Origin: Eledone cirrhosa
Lineage: Eukaryota
Length of the DNA: 64,000 bases
Assembly: GCA_964016885.1 (NCBI GenBank)
Contig: OZ024759.1
Location: 3,224,001-3,288,000, forward strand
Direction of reading: 5' to 3'
In this document: in pieces, positions 1 to 10,409 of the stretch
How positions within the stretch are numbered: the first letter of the stretch is position 1
How the letters are laid out: each line of letters opens with the position of its first letter
The notes under the pieces: generated by a model
The model's input: the letters and a program-made list of their open reading frames with translations, nothing else
What the model was told of the DNA's origin: nothing
Databases searched by the model: none
Translations under genes and position numbers: made by a program

Positions 1-185
1 ATCGCCTTTGAGAGGTGCAATTGGGTAAGGTCGGCTTTTATCACCTCTCCAAGGCTATCATCGAATGTTAGTGCTCTGCACCTTTTTATGCAGCTGTCAT
101 CCTTCATACGCATCACATGTCCATACCAATGCAATCTCCTCTCCTGCACACAGCATTTGATTTCTCTTATGCTCAGTCTCTCTCA
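1..185 (-). pseudogene. RTE-clade LINE ORF C-terminal fragment
   Basis: Minus-strand translation gives ...IREIKCCVQERRLHWYGHVMRMKDDSCIKRC...EVIKADLTQLHLSK, with the RL.W.GHV.RM motif typical of RTE C-termini. It also resembles 3538-3690. Confidence 0.8.
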
Positions 186-607
186 ATTCGTTTATGCTTT
201 GCCGTTCGCGTATATTACTATTATGTTATATATATAACAATGCAAATATATGAACGTTTATATAAGCGATGTGATAAATGTTATGATATAACAGGCGCTA
301 ACCAGAAGTGTAGACATTTGAAAATTTTAAAAGAAGTGAATCTTAAAATAAGCAATCATTATATATAATATTTATGTTTAATCAACAGCTACGAAATTTA
401 GTACAAAAATTATTTAATATTCATTATTTATTCAAAGTAATCCAACTTATTTTACTAACGGGATAAAAAAATATAAAATGGACAGTCTCACACTTTATTA
501 CATTACTAGACCACCCATCACCCAACGGGTCATGTTCGCTTAAAATAATTTTTAAATAATTAAAATACATACAGACATGTATATAATGTAAAATGAAATT
601 AGAAGGC

Positions 608-609
<2 letters not shown>

Positions 610-645
<36 letters not shown>
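610..645. repeat. (TA)n microsatellite
   Basis: Pure TA run seen directly. Confidence 0.95.
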
Positions 646-650
<5 letters not shown>

Positions 651-1139
651 TGTCTGTGGCCTATATACATCAGTCACAGACATATATATACACATACACA
701 CACTTAGAAACCCTTTCTATTTAGCAGGATACAGTAATGCTGTATTCGTTTCTTTGAAGTCACCGGTTATAATTTCATTCAACACCACCAGCTCTCTCTC
801 TCTTCCATTTTCGTTCTCTGTCTCCTCTTTCTCTCTCTGTCTCTCTTTCAATCTACTCTCTCACTACCACTATCTCTTTCTCGCTATCCTTCTTTCTCTA
901 TGTTTATGAAGGTACCCAGAAAAACCTCATATCTTGGGGAAAATGTACTCTGATTTATGCGAAACTTGTTTTATTCCAGGGGCAACCTTTTTACAAAATA
1001 TTTTCCCATTATGTATCCTTTTGGCTGTATTACACTACAGACAAGCAATCACAGTGTTTTAGTAGTATATAGATGATCCTGTAACTTATACACACATGCA
1101 TACAGACCAACACAGACATACAGTGGCAGATTGGCAGCT

Positions 1140-2054
1140 TGGGAGAAGACCTTGACAGACTGAAAGTTTGGGAGAAGACCTTGACTGACTGAAAGTTTGG
1201 GAGAAGACTGACTGAAAGTTTGGAAGAAGACTGACTGACTGAAAGTTTGGAAGAAGACTGACTGAAAGTTTGGGAGAAGACTGACTGAAAGTTTGGGAGA
1301 AGACTGACTGACTGAAAGTTTGGAAGAAGACTGACTGAAAGTTTGGGAGAAGACTGACTGAAAGTTTGGGAGAAGACTGACTGAAAGTTTGGGAGAAGAC
1401 TGACTGACTGAAAGTTTGGAAGAAGACTGACTGAAAGTTTGGGAGAAGACTGACTGAAAGTTTGGGAGAAGACTGACTGACTGAAAGTTTGGAAGAAGAC
1501 TGACTGAAAGTTTGGGAGAAGACTGACTGAAAGTTTGGGAGAAGACTGACTGACTGAAAGTTTGGGAGAAGACTGACTGAAAGTTTGGGAGAAGACTGAC
1601 TGACTGACAGTTTGGGAGAAGACTGACTGAAAGTTTGGGAGAAGACTGACTGAAAGTTTGGAAGAAGACTGACTGAAAGTTTGGGCCAAGACTGACTGAC
1701 TGAAAGTTTGGGCCAAGACTGACTGACTGAAAGTTTGGGAGAAGACTGACTGAAAGTTTGGAAGAAGACTGACTGAAAGTTTGGGAGAAGACTGACTGAC
1801 TGAAAGTTTGGGAGAAGACTGACTGACTGAAAGTTTGGGAGAAGACTGACTGAAAGTTTGGGAGAAGACTGACTGACTGAAAGTTTGGGAGAAGACTGAC
1901 TGAAAGTTTGGGAGAAGACTGACTGAAAGTTTGGAAGAAGACTGACTGAAAGTTTGGGAGAAGACTGACTGACTGAAAGTTTGGGAGAAGACTGACTGAA
2001 AGTTTGGAAGAAGACTGACTGAAAGTTTGGGAGAAGACTGACTGAAAGTTTGGG
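1140..2054. repeat. 23/27-bp minisatellite (GACT)2-3 GAAAGTTTGG(G/A)AGAA
   Basis: Roughly 35-40 tandem units; unit length varies by one extra GACT. Followed by 2-3 copies of a ~38-bp unit (GGTGGACACC..GGAAGGCTGGCAGGTGTTCAGA) at 2071-2170. Confidence 0.95.
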
Positions 2055-2284
2055 TGGACGTTCTTGCAGACTGGTGGACACCTCGGAAGGCTGGCAGGTG
2101 TTCAGACATTCTGGTGGACACCTTGGAAGGCTGGCAGGTGTTCAGATAGACAGGTGGACATCTTGGCAGACTGACTGATGCTTTTACAGGTTCGGTAACT
2201 CTGGCAGAACCAGATGTAACTCTTCTCTCCAAGTGTCTTTAACCCTTTAGCATTTACATTACTCTATATTTACTTTCGTATTTT

Positions 2285-2548
2285 CACCTTTACAAAGGCA
2301 AAGGGGAGGCTCTTGAGTGAGGCAACTACTGTGGCCTCAAGCTTACCGATCAAGTAATGAAGCTGCTTGAGTGTGTGTTAGATTCCTACATTAGGTCCTA
2401 GTTCTGACTGACTGTATTAGGTCCTAGTACTGACACTACCGTGGCCTCAAGGTTACTGATCCAGTAATGAAGCTGCTTGAGCGTCTGTTAGATTCCTACA
2501 TTCGCAAGATGGTAAATATCAATGAAATGCAATTTGGCTTTGCGCCAT
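2285..2548 (+). pseudogene. RTE-clade reverse transcriptase fragment with internal duplication
   Basis: Translates to YKGKGEALE*GNYCGLKLTDQVMKLLECVLDSYIR, then YRGLKVTDPVMKLLERLLDSYIRKMVNINEMQFGFAP (KGKG..NYRG.KL and QFGF motifs). Segments ~2325-2391 and ~2436-2502 are duplicates. Confidence 0.85.
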
Positions 2549-2549
2549 T

Positions 2550-2930
2550 GCGTTGAAGAAAGGATCAATATCTTGAGAAGATTACGCAATAATGATTGCC
2601 TAAATTCAAGGAATGAACTTTTTACACATTGTCCACACATCTGGAAACATCTATTATATAATGACAAAGCTCCAGATTGAATAACATCAACAATCTAATA
2701 TTCTGAACAGCTCTAACAATTTATTCTGGACATCCAGAGTTATCTCCCTTACATAGATTGCCCATGGGATAACTTGGCCAGGAGAAGTGACCGTTTCTGA
2801 GCATGCAGCATGCAGTTTCATACGGTTCTTTTTCTTTTTCCATACAACTCTACTCAGACTGAGCTGAAGATCCGCTTAAGGTGAAACATTTGTTCTCAGT
2901 ATGGTGAACTAACTGTTGTGGAACTACTTA
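2550..2930 (+). mobile_element. Penelope-like element 3' remnant (end of GIY-YIG ORF plus pLTR)
   Basis: VEERINILRRLRNNDCLNSRNELFTHCPHIWKHLL...* resembles the L N.R.EL...C.H C-terminus of PLE ORFs, and a hammerhead motif lies downstream. Confidence 0.65.
2858..2900 (+). ncRNA. Minimal type I hammerhead ribozyme motif (PLE-associated)
   Basis: ACTGAG-CTGAAGA-TCCGCTTAAGGT-GAAA-C-ATTT-GTT-CTCAGT: perfect 6-bp stem I, CUGANGA and GAAA core, short near-palindromic stem III, GUU cleavage triplet. Stem II is weak. Confidence 0.7.
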
Positions 2931-2989
2931 TATATATATTTCACCCTTTCTCTGTAAAGTTATGTTGGTACCACAACATCCAGTCCAAA

Positions 2990-3240
2990 ATAAATGAGGT
3001 CGTGTAGGTGTCACAGCAAAAAAAAACACACAGTCCATGCTGTAATGTAGCCGTGTAGGTAACATGGTAAAAAGCTCCCAGTTCACACTGTAAACGTGGT
3101 TGTTGTTAGGAAGGGTATCCAGCCGTAGAAAACCTGCCAGATAGTTCTTTACGAGCGAGACACCCTCACCCAACCAATATTGGGACAACTCCTGTCTAAC
3201 CCATGCTAGCGTGGAATATAGACGTTAAACGATGATGATA
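2990..3240 (+). mobile_element. Dispersed RTE/SINE 3' end containing one copy of the satellite monomer
   Basis: 3030-3140 is the reverse complement of one diverged 111-bp monomer. It continues into ...CCCATGCTAGCGTGGAATATAGACGTTAAACGATGATGAT. Confidence 0.85.
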
Positions 3241-3254
3241 TAATATATACATGC

Positions 3255-3370
3255 ATATCATGACTCATACACTGTTCACTTTCCTGACATTTGTACATTA
3301 TTCTATGTACTATACATACAGCTTGATGAGTTGTAGTGCACCTGAGCACTGTACACAATAATTTCATTAT
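3255..3370 (+). mobile_element. CR1-like LINE 3' UTR fragment
   Basis: Similar to 24050-24170 (CATGACTCAT.CACTGTTC...TGATGAGTTGTAGTGCACCT.AGCA.TGTACACAATA). Confidence 0.7.
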
Positions 3371-3537
3371 ACATAGTTTCATAGCTTTTATTGGTTATTT
3401 TGTATTCTGTTTACTGACATGCAGGGGTGGGGGGTCGCGCATTTTATGAAAGGGGTCAATGTTCTGTAAAGTTTGGGGGTCCAAATATAGATCCTTAAAT
3501 AAGTAGCAGACTTGGAAAAAGAAAAAAGATACTAGAA

Positions 3538-4050
3538 TTGAAAGTCGATGGCAGCCATGGTGTGGGCAGGCTTAGGAAGACTTGGGATGAGGTAATAAAA
3601 GCTGACATTGCACAATTACACCTCTCAAAGACAATGACACAGGACCACGACCTCTGGCGCTATGCAGTTTTACAGAAGACTCACCCTCTATTATTCTCAG
3701 GACAACACCTTCCTCAACCTTCTATCCCCTCTCATTCACCTCCCTTAGCGGTAACCATACCTCCCCTGCTACCCTGTTCACATTTTCCCACAAGCTCCTC
3801 CACCCTCCCTAGTCCCAAGACAAAAGTGCCCAGATCCCACTGTAAAGTGGTTGTGTCAGTGACACGACAAAGGTACCCAGCACACACTGTAAAAGTGGTT
3901 GGCGTTAGGAAGGGCATCCAGCCATAAACAACCCACCAGAAACAGTCCTATATGAGCGAGACACGGTCACCCGACCCAACTTGCCTCTAAATGGGACGAA
4001 CCCATCTAAACTATACTAGCATGGAAGATAGACGTTAATCGATGATGATA
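3538..4050 (+). mobile_element. 5'-truncated RTE LINE: ORF C-terminus, 3' UTR and (GAT)n tail
   Basis: KVDGSHGVGRLRKTWDEVIKADIAQLHLSKTMTQDHDLWRYAV (GRP.KTW..D...D...WR motif), then GTTGGCGTTAGGAAGGGCATCCAGCC...GACGTTAATCGATGATGAT. Confidence 0.85.
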
Positions 4051-4082
4051 TCAACAATAACTTGAATCATTATAGATCTATC

Positions 4083-4452
4083 TGTAGCGGTTGTCTCCCT
4101 TGTTTTGATTGGGATCTAGACGGGAGGTAGAACCCTTTCTGCAACTTCCGGTCAGAGCCCTATAAAACTAACAACTTTAAGCTTTCTAACTCTCATTGCC
4201 TTTTCGGCACCCTGGCCAAGAGCCTCTCATTTGGCTCTGCCATTTTTTTGGCCAACAGGCGCCTGGCCTTAGCCAGGCGTCCTCTGCCAGCCGCGTTTGC
4301 CTGGCAATCAAAACGGTAACTACTAACTTTGTTTCATTCTAACATCTATCTTTGACATGTCAAGTATACTATCTACCATTGTTAATTAAATATTATACAC
4401 ACAAACCATGTCTCGTTTTGTTACATTCATACAACCAAGTATCCTCGCTATA
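4083..4452 (+). mobile_element. 5' LTR (370 bp) of a non-autonomous LTR retrotransposon
   Basis: Begins TGTAGCG and ends CGCTATA (inverted termini), contains CCTATAAAA, is followed by a PBS, and its first ~150 bp recur near-identically at 5839. Confidence 0.85.
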
Positions 4453-4453
4453 T

Positions 4454-4485
4454 TGGTAACCCTGACGTGATACGAACACGCAGCC
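4454..4485 (+). promoter_or_regulatory. Primer binding site complementary to tRNA-Trp 3' end
   Basis: TGGTAACCCTGACGTGATACGAACACGCAGCC compared with the antisense of eukaryotic tRNA-Trp as recalled (TGGTGACCCCGACGTGATTYGAACACGCAACC). Starts 1 nt after the LTR end. Confidence 0.75.
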
Positions 4486-4904
4486 GTTCATCGCTATAAG
4501 TGGTCACCCCCCCCCCCCCCCAAAAAAAAAAATAGCACATCTGGTTTTGTGAGTAACATTACGAATACACAGCAAATTTAGCGACAAACTATGAAAATAC
4601 TCAAGGACACGCGCACATGTGGAATTCGCACAGACAGACTTTTTCTCTCACGCATCAATTAACTGTCGCATTTCACCAATATATATATATGTTTCTCGTT
4701 TCTTACAACGAACACTTTCAAAACAAAAAAAAAAAAACAAAACATTTCACGATATATATATATGTTTCTCGTTTCTTACAACGAACTCTTTCAAAACACA
4801 CAAAAAAAAAAAAGAAATTTGATATTCTTTAAAAAACATTTCAACAGGAACATTTATTTTCGATGAACCATTGCCTTTTTGTTCATCGTTTTCTTCATCG
4901 TTCA

Positions 4905-4938
<34 letters not shown>

Positions 4939-5826
4939 CCCCAAAGTTCACACCAATAATTATGCTGAGTGAAGCCTTTCTTTTTCATCATTGTCACTTT
5001 CAACATTGCACTATCATTTTCTCGCGCGTTAGAAATATTATTTTTTTTCAACCTTGTATTGGCACGTGTAGGCAGCACAAATTCTCGATTCACAGAGATG
5101 TCTCTACTCACAGACAGCCGCACGCCAGAGATAACATTTCTCACCAGGGATTCTTCAGCCTTAAGCTATATTCTTCTATTTGCCGGTTTATAAATTTACA
5201 ATGTAAATTTACAGTTGATAACCGCGCATTTATTAAGAATGCTTATTTCTCTGGTCGCTGGCCTCTTGACCCTTCCAGGTCAACGCATTCTCAACATCGA
5301 CCATCAACTTCGGCTGCTATTTCTAGCACTTTGCGCAACTCATTTTTTCTAAAAAAATTTTTTTTTACTGTGAATTAAACACCGAATACGCTCACTCAGC
5401 GAGACAACAGCAGCAGCAACAGCAATACATCAATACAGCTTCACCAAAGCCAGAGAATTCATTTTTGCAGCACTCTTCCTGTGAGAAAATCCATTCGGAG
5501 GTTGGAAATTTCACGATATACCACAGAACAGAAACCACCTGCATTCATTCTCTGGAACACACTTTCTTTCCTGCTGTCATGTGATTGCACACCTGTGAAC
5601 TATATTTTGAACTTTGAGCTCTTCTATTACTTTTACTTTATTACATTGTATCTTTGGGTGATGGATAGATGGATGTCCAGTCGTTCTCTGGCCAAGAGCG
5701 GTTGGCTACCTTGATATCTATCATTGATTTTTCCAAACATTCTTTTGTCGTAATTTTCATGCCTGTTACAACATTCTCGCCAACTTGCTACATATTTTCA
5801 TTTCGATTTTTATACACTAAAATTCT

Positions 5827-5990
5827 GGCGGGAGGTTATGTAGCGGTTATCTCCCTTGTTTTGATTGGGATCTAGACGGGAGGTAGAACCCTTTCTGCAA
5901 CTTCCGGTCAGAGCCCTATAAAACTAACAACTTTAAGCTTTCTAACTCTCATTGCCTTTTCGGCACCCTGGCCAAGAGCCTCTCATTTGG
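5827..5990 (+). mobile_element. Polypurine tract and truncated 3' LTR
   Basis: GGCGGGAGGTTA precedes TGTAGCGG at 5839. Matches the 5' LTR up to ...CTCTCATTTGG, then breaks off. Confidence 0.85.
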
Positions 5991-7429
5991 CAGAGCCAAA
6001 TAGATGTAAAGAGAGTGGGAGATAGAGTTATAGAAGTAAAGAGAGGGAAAGAAATAAGCGGTAGATAGAGTAATAGATGTAAAGAGAGGGTTAGAACGTT
6101 CAACTTGACAGTCAGTACAATGTTCAGCATGGTAGCCAGTACATATGCCAACTACCCAACCGGCCAGCCAGCCGTATTTGCGGTTGACTGACCAGTTGGG
6201 CGGTTGGTATATGGAACGTTCAACTACGCAGTCAGTACCAAAGTTCAACATTGTAGCCAGTGCATATGCCGATCGCCGCGCCCTCTTTGCTCTATTTTAG
6301 TGACCTGGAACTAAGTAAAAAGAGTAGGAGATAACTCGACAAGAGCGGAGAGGGTGAGATTCGAACCATGTAAAGTCGTTGGCTCCTGAAGTTCGTAAGC
6401 TGAGCAACGCCGGCAGCAAGGCAAATCGCGCATAAAATAACACTTATATCGACAACAAAAAAAAAAAAAATTTCAATGTTGCACTCTTGTTTGTTGTTCT
6501 TTTATTTTACGTAAACATTTCGCTGCTCTAGCCTCTTATTTCCTATTAGATTACACTTAATTCCATTAAACATTCATTCTTAGTCTCGTGGTAAACTATT
6601 TCATCTATATTTATATCGCTGTTACAGCCTTTTATTTCTACATCTATCACCTATAGCCACTGTTACGCCGGTAGTATAAGTAGCTTTATAACAAGAAACG
6701 ATGATATAACTCCACAAAATGTGTTCTTGAGCAAGACACTTCACTTCATATTGCTCCAGTACACCGAGTTACACATAGACAGATACATACATACACATAT
6801 ATATGTACACAGATAGAAATAAGAGGGAGATAGAGTAAAAGATGTAAAGATAGTGTAAAAGATTTAAAGAGAGGGTGAGAGTGTGACACACATTTATCTG
6901 TCTATCTCTCTCTATTTTAACACCGGTCGTTATAATTAGTTTTATAACACCGCTATATTACCGACATGAAAGAGGTAAATAATTATTTTTTAAATGTATA
7001 GAACATGTTTCTCTTGTCTTCTTAAATGTATAGAACATGTTTCTTATTTATATTCTTAACATAGCTACGACCTTATCTCATTTACTGGTCTCTACTTTTA
7101 GGACTTTGCTGGTCCCATGTGCCCTCCATCAAGACACACTCGTCCCTTCTCTGAACCCCTGTACTAATTACTACACATACGTATATATATTTATTTTAAG
7201 AAACCTGAATGACAAATAATATAAAGTGTTTGTAAAGTGGGGAAGAGTAGTTTTACGGTGCAGTTGTTATATAGATATCGTTTTTGCAGTGGGGTTGTGA
7301 CTGGCGTATAATAATGAGTCACTGTTGATGTATATACAAATCATATTTTGGATATAAGTGAAGTTATTTAAGAGATTTAGTTGTTTTGTATACATTCCAG
7401 TTGTTGTCTCCCTGTTTCTTCTTCAACAA

Positions 7430-9420
7430 CTATAACGGTACGCGATGGGGCCCACCCACAGCCCCGGCGGACAGAATGGAGAAGGCGTTTCCCCGGAGCA
7501 CGGCAAGGGAGACGCGCTGGAAAAGCCACTCCAACTCGCGGGGCTCACACCTGCGGCTGGCCAGCTCAGCGCCTATGGTGGTGAGTAAGGAGGTAGCCCT
7601 GGGGCCGAGGACACCAGAAGTCTCCACTTCCAGGGGTACGACCGCAAACCTGTCGGAGAGCGACCGATATGTGAGGAGTTTGGCCCCCACAGCCTGACGT
7701 GCAGCAGAACCTGGGCCAGTCGCAGACTGCACCAGGTTGCGGCTGCAGAAAGTGTCGGTGCAAGTGGCATCCCAGACGAGGGGTTTGCCACCGCGGAACG
7801 GGAAGGTGGTCATGCCATCTGGCCTTTTGCCGTCCCCTGGAGCTGGGAAGGGAAGCCTGCAGCGTCCAAGCCATGCTTAATGACTTCGTTGAGGGCAGCA
7901 TGGCGTGGATTGCGGCTGGCACTGTGGCGACAGGAAAGCGGGTGGAGGCCGAAAGAGTCCATTTTGGAACCGCAGCGACATTGGTGTGAGGCCGAGCCTC
8001 AGGGAAACGCCGATGCGCAAGCTATGGTTGTCTAGCTGCGTGCGAGTGGAGAAGGAGGGCAGGGCATGGAGCCAGCACCACTGTTGGGTTTGGAGGCCGC
8101 ACGAAAACAAACAAGGCGGTGCTGGTCGAGGTGGCGCGTGAGCCTGTCTGAGGCCAGGCTGCACTGGATGTCATCCCAAGTGTGTTGGGGGGACTTGACG
8201 TCAACAGGGGGAGAAGGAGGAGGAACGTCTACTGGGCTAAGTCCTAGCCGGTCCCACGTCTCACAGGCGGCCACGCGTTCTCTGAACACAGAGGGTTCTG
8301 TTGTGTTTTGAAGAACCCTGCTGAGGAGGACGTGGTACGAGGTTACCGACGAAAGATACGCCGGCAAAGCTAGTGAGATCGGGGACTGGAGGTGAAGGCC
8401 GCCATACCTGACAGGTAAAGTTGCATATCTCATCGGCTGCTGCTCGGATACAAGTCTGGGTGTAGCACAGAGTGTATAGAGGAGCTTCGGCATGGCGTAG
8501 CAGTTCCTCAGCAGAAAGAGAACTGGGTGGCCATCAATCAAGCCCAGTCGGCTCGTGAGAGTCTGGACTTGATGGTGGAGCGGATGGCCGGCGGGTGGAT
8601 CGGTGAGGGCATCCTCTTTGGGGGTCACCTGAACCTGGCGGAGAATGGACCGCACGTCCAAGACGGAGACTGCAAAGCTTGCAGTATCGAGGCTGACATT
8701 CACCACCTCCGACTTGGCTGAGTTGACCTGGAGGTCGATTCTCGCCAGGGCAGGAACCACCAATTGAAGGTCATGGCAGACCGTCTGTACGGGCCCACTC
8801 AAAGTAGCATCATCCAGATACCAAACGTTGAGAGGGGCCGTTATACTCCGGGCGATGTGGTCAATACCAAGGGTGAACAGGAGGGGTCCCAAAGGGTTGC
8901 CCTGTTGGATCCCAGTAGCCAAGGGTATGACCGTATCAGTAGCATGGCGCATGCTCGGGGCTCCATATGACAGGTAGGCTGAGGGGGCTCGGCTGAGGCA
9001 GGCCTCGAGCAGATGATCCCAGCGTAAAGAGTTGAAGGCATTCCTCATGTCAAACTTGACAATGAGGTGGCTGGAGGCCCTGGATGCCGGTTCCGAGTGT
9101 TACGGACTTGCAGATTACCTTGGCAGCTAGCCTCCGGAAAACATTGCCCACAGCAATGAGGCGTATGCCACCCTCTTTCTTCCTGAGAGCGGTGAGGCTG
9201 GCCGAAAAAAAGAGGCCTCGAGCGTAAGAGTCCGGGTCGCCATGGATGAGCCTATTGGTGAGCGCCACAATTGCACTCAGAAGGCGGCGCCCGGCCTCAG
9301 CAGAGAGGGGAGATATCAACTCCTTGAGGAGGCCTGGTCAGAGACCATCAACATCTCCGCAGCTGCTAGCTGGGAAGGACCTGATGGCGGACATGATGTC
9401 TGCATCAGAAGCCACAAGGA
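7430..9420 (-). pseudogene. Degenerate CRE-clade non-LTR retrotransposon (RT, Zn-finger remnant, restriction-like endonuclease), copy 1
   Basis: IR.IAVGNVFRRLAAK, MRNAFNSL, GIQQGNPLGPLLF, WYLDD, LPVRYGGL, RHAALNEVI, GKPLVWDATCTDT, PLEVETSGVLGP, FQRVSLAVLRGNA. Frameshifted and 5'-truncated. Confidence 0.85.
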
Positions 9421-9524
9421 GCAAGTGTGGATTACAATACAAAACCTCTGAGAATGATTTCTAAGAATTTCACCATAATTAATTTTCATCAATATATATT
9501 AATATTATTATTGTTTATTAGGTC

Positions 9525-9790
9525 AGGTGGATTGGCCAGAACAATTCTACTCTTCTTTTTTAGATGTCACGATTTTTCATGGCATTCCTGAGATCATTAA
9601 TCTCCAGGTGGAGATCCAGAGACATCTGATGTATGTAGGTGAACCTCAGTCATCCCACTTGGGTCTTACTATGTTTAGGTATCCACCACAGGAGCCAGCT
9701 CATCAGGTCATCCTACCCTCAGCAGCAATGTCCAGCATCTATTGACTTCCGCTCCCTAGTTATTGTGGTAATCTTCGATATCTGGGAATA
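9525..9790 (-). pseudogene. RTE/RTEX-like ORF C-terminal fragment
   Basis: Minus strand reads ...WIPKHSKTQVG..RFTYIHQMSLDLHLEINDLRNAMKNRDI, similar to the W.P.HG...GRP..TY..Q...AM.DR..W motif. Duplicated at ~16685-16950. Confidence 0.55.
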
Positions 9791-9872
9791 TATTTCTTCT
9801 GCTTAAGGGAGTAATAAATATATAGTTTAAAAAAAAATATATATATACACACACATATATATATGTTGACAT

Positions 9873-10020
9873 TTATAAGAGTTCTCTATCAAAAGCCTTC
9901 TCTATGTCCAAAGCTAAGTATAGTGGCTTATTTGTCTCTAAGAACCTCTCTTGTAGTTGTCTCACTAAGAAGAGGGCATCTGTTGTACTTTTCAGAGGCA
10001 CAAAAGCAAACTGCATCTCA
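9873..10020 (-). pseudogene. RTE reverse transcriptase fragment
   Basis: EMQFAFVPLKSTTDALFLVRQLQERFLETNKPLYLALDIEKAFDR. Duplicated at 17033-17180. Confidence 0.85.
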
Positions 10021-10066
10021 TACACATACATACATATACATACATACATACATATACACATACATA

Positions 10067-10409
10067 CATCATCATCATCATTTCGTTTTAAGTCCGCTTT
10101 TTCCCTGCTTGCAAGGGTGGGACGGGAACTGATTCTGGCTTGATTTCTACAGCAGGATGCCCTTCCTAACACCAACCTCATTTACAGTGAGTGCTGGGTG
10201 CTTTTTTGCTGTGGCACCTCCACGACCACTTTGCAGTGGAATGATATGGACCCCAGTCCCTATCATCTCATTTCTACAGCTGAGTAAACTGGAGCAATGT
10301 GAAATAAAGTGTATTGCTCAAGGAAACAACACATCACCCGGTCTGAGAATTGAACTCACAACCTTTCGATTGCCAGGCCAATGCTCTAACCACTAAGCCA
10401 TGTGCCTCC
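10067..10409 (-). mobile_element. Full-length tRNA-derived SINE with RTE-type 3' tail
   Basis: Minus strand: GGAGGCACATGGCTTAGTGGTTAGAGC (A box), GAGTTCAATTC (B box), central CCTTGAGCAATACACTTTATTTCACATTGCTCCAG, then GTTGGTGTTAGGAAGGGCATCC...(GAT)n. Confidence 0.9.

Noticed and set aside
1030-2232. 400-aa and 331-aa Ser/Gln-rich ORFs
   Set aside because: Translations of a 23/27-bp minisatellite that cycle through all frames.
4863-5714. gag/pol ORFs inside the LTR element
   Set aside because: Only faint resemblances (e.g. KPPAFI); no intact protease, RT or integrase motif, and the region is interrupted by homopolymer runs.
6335-6375. tRNA gene on the minus strand (GGTTCGAATCTCACCCTCTCCGC)
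   Set aside because: Only a T-arm/B-box-like segment; no acceptor, D or anticodon arms could be built.
9695-9712. CTGATGAG hammerhead core on the minus strand
   Set aside because: No GAAA or stems at the right spacing; it lies within a decayed LINE coding fragment.
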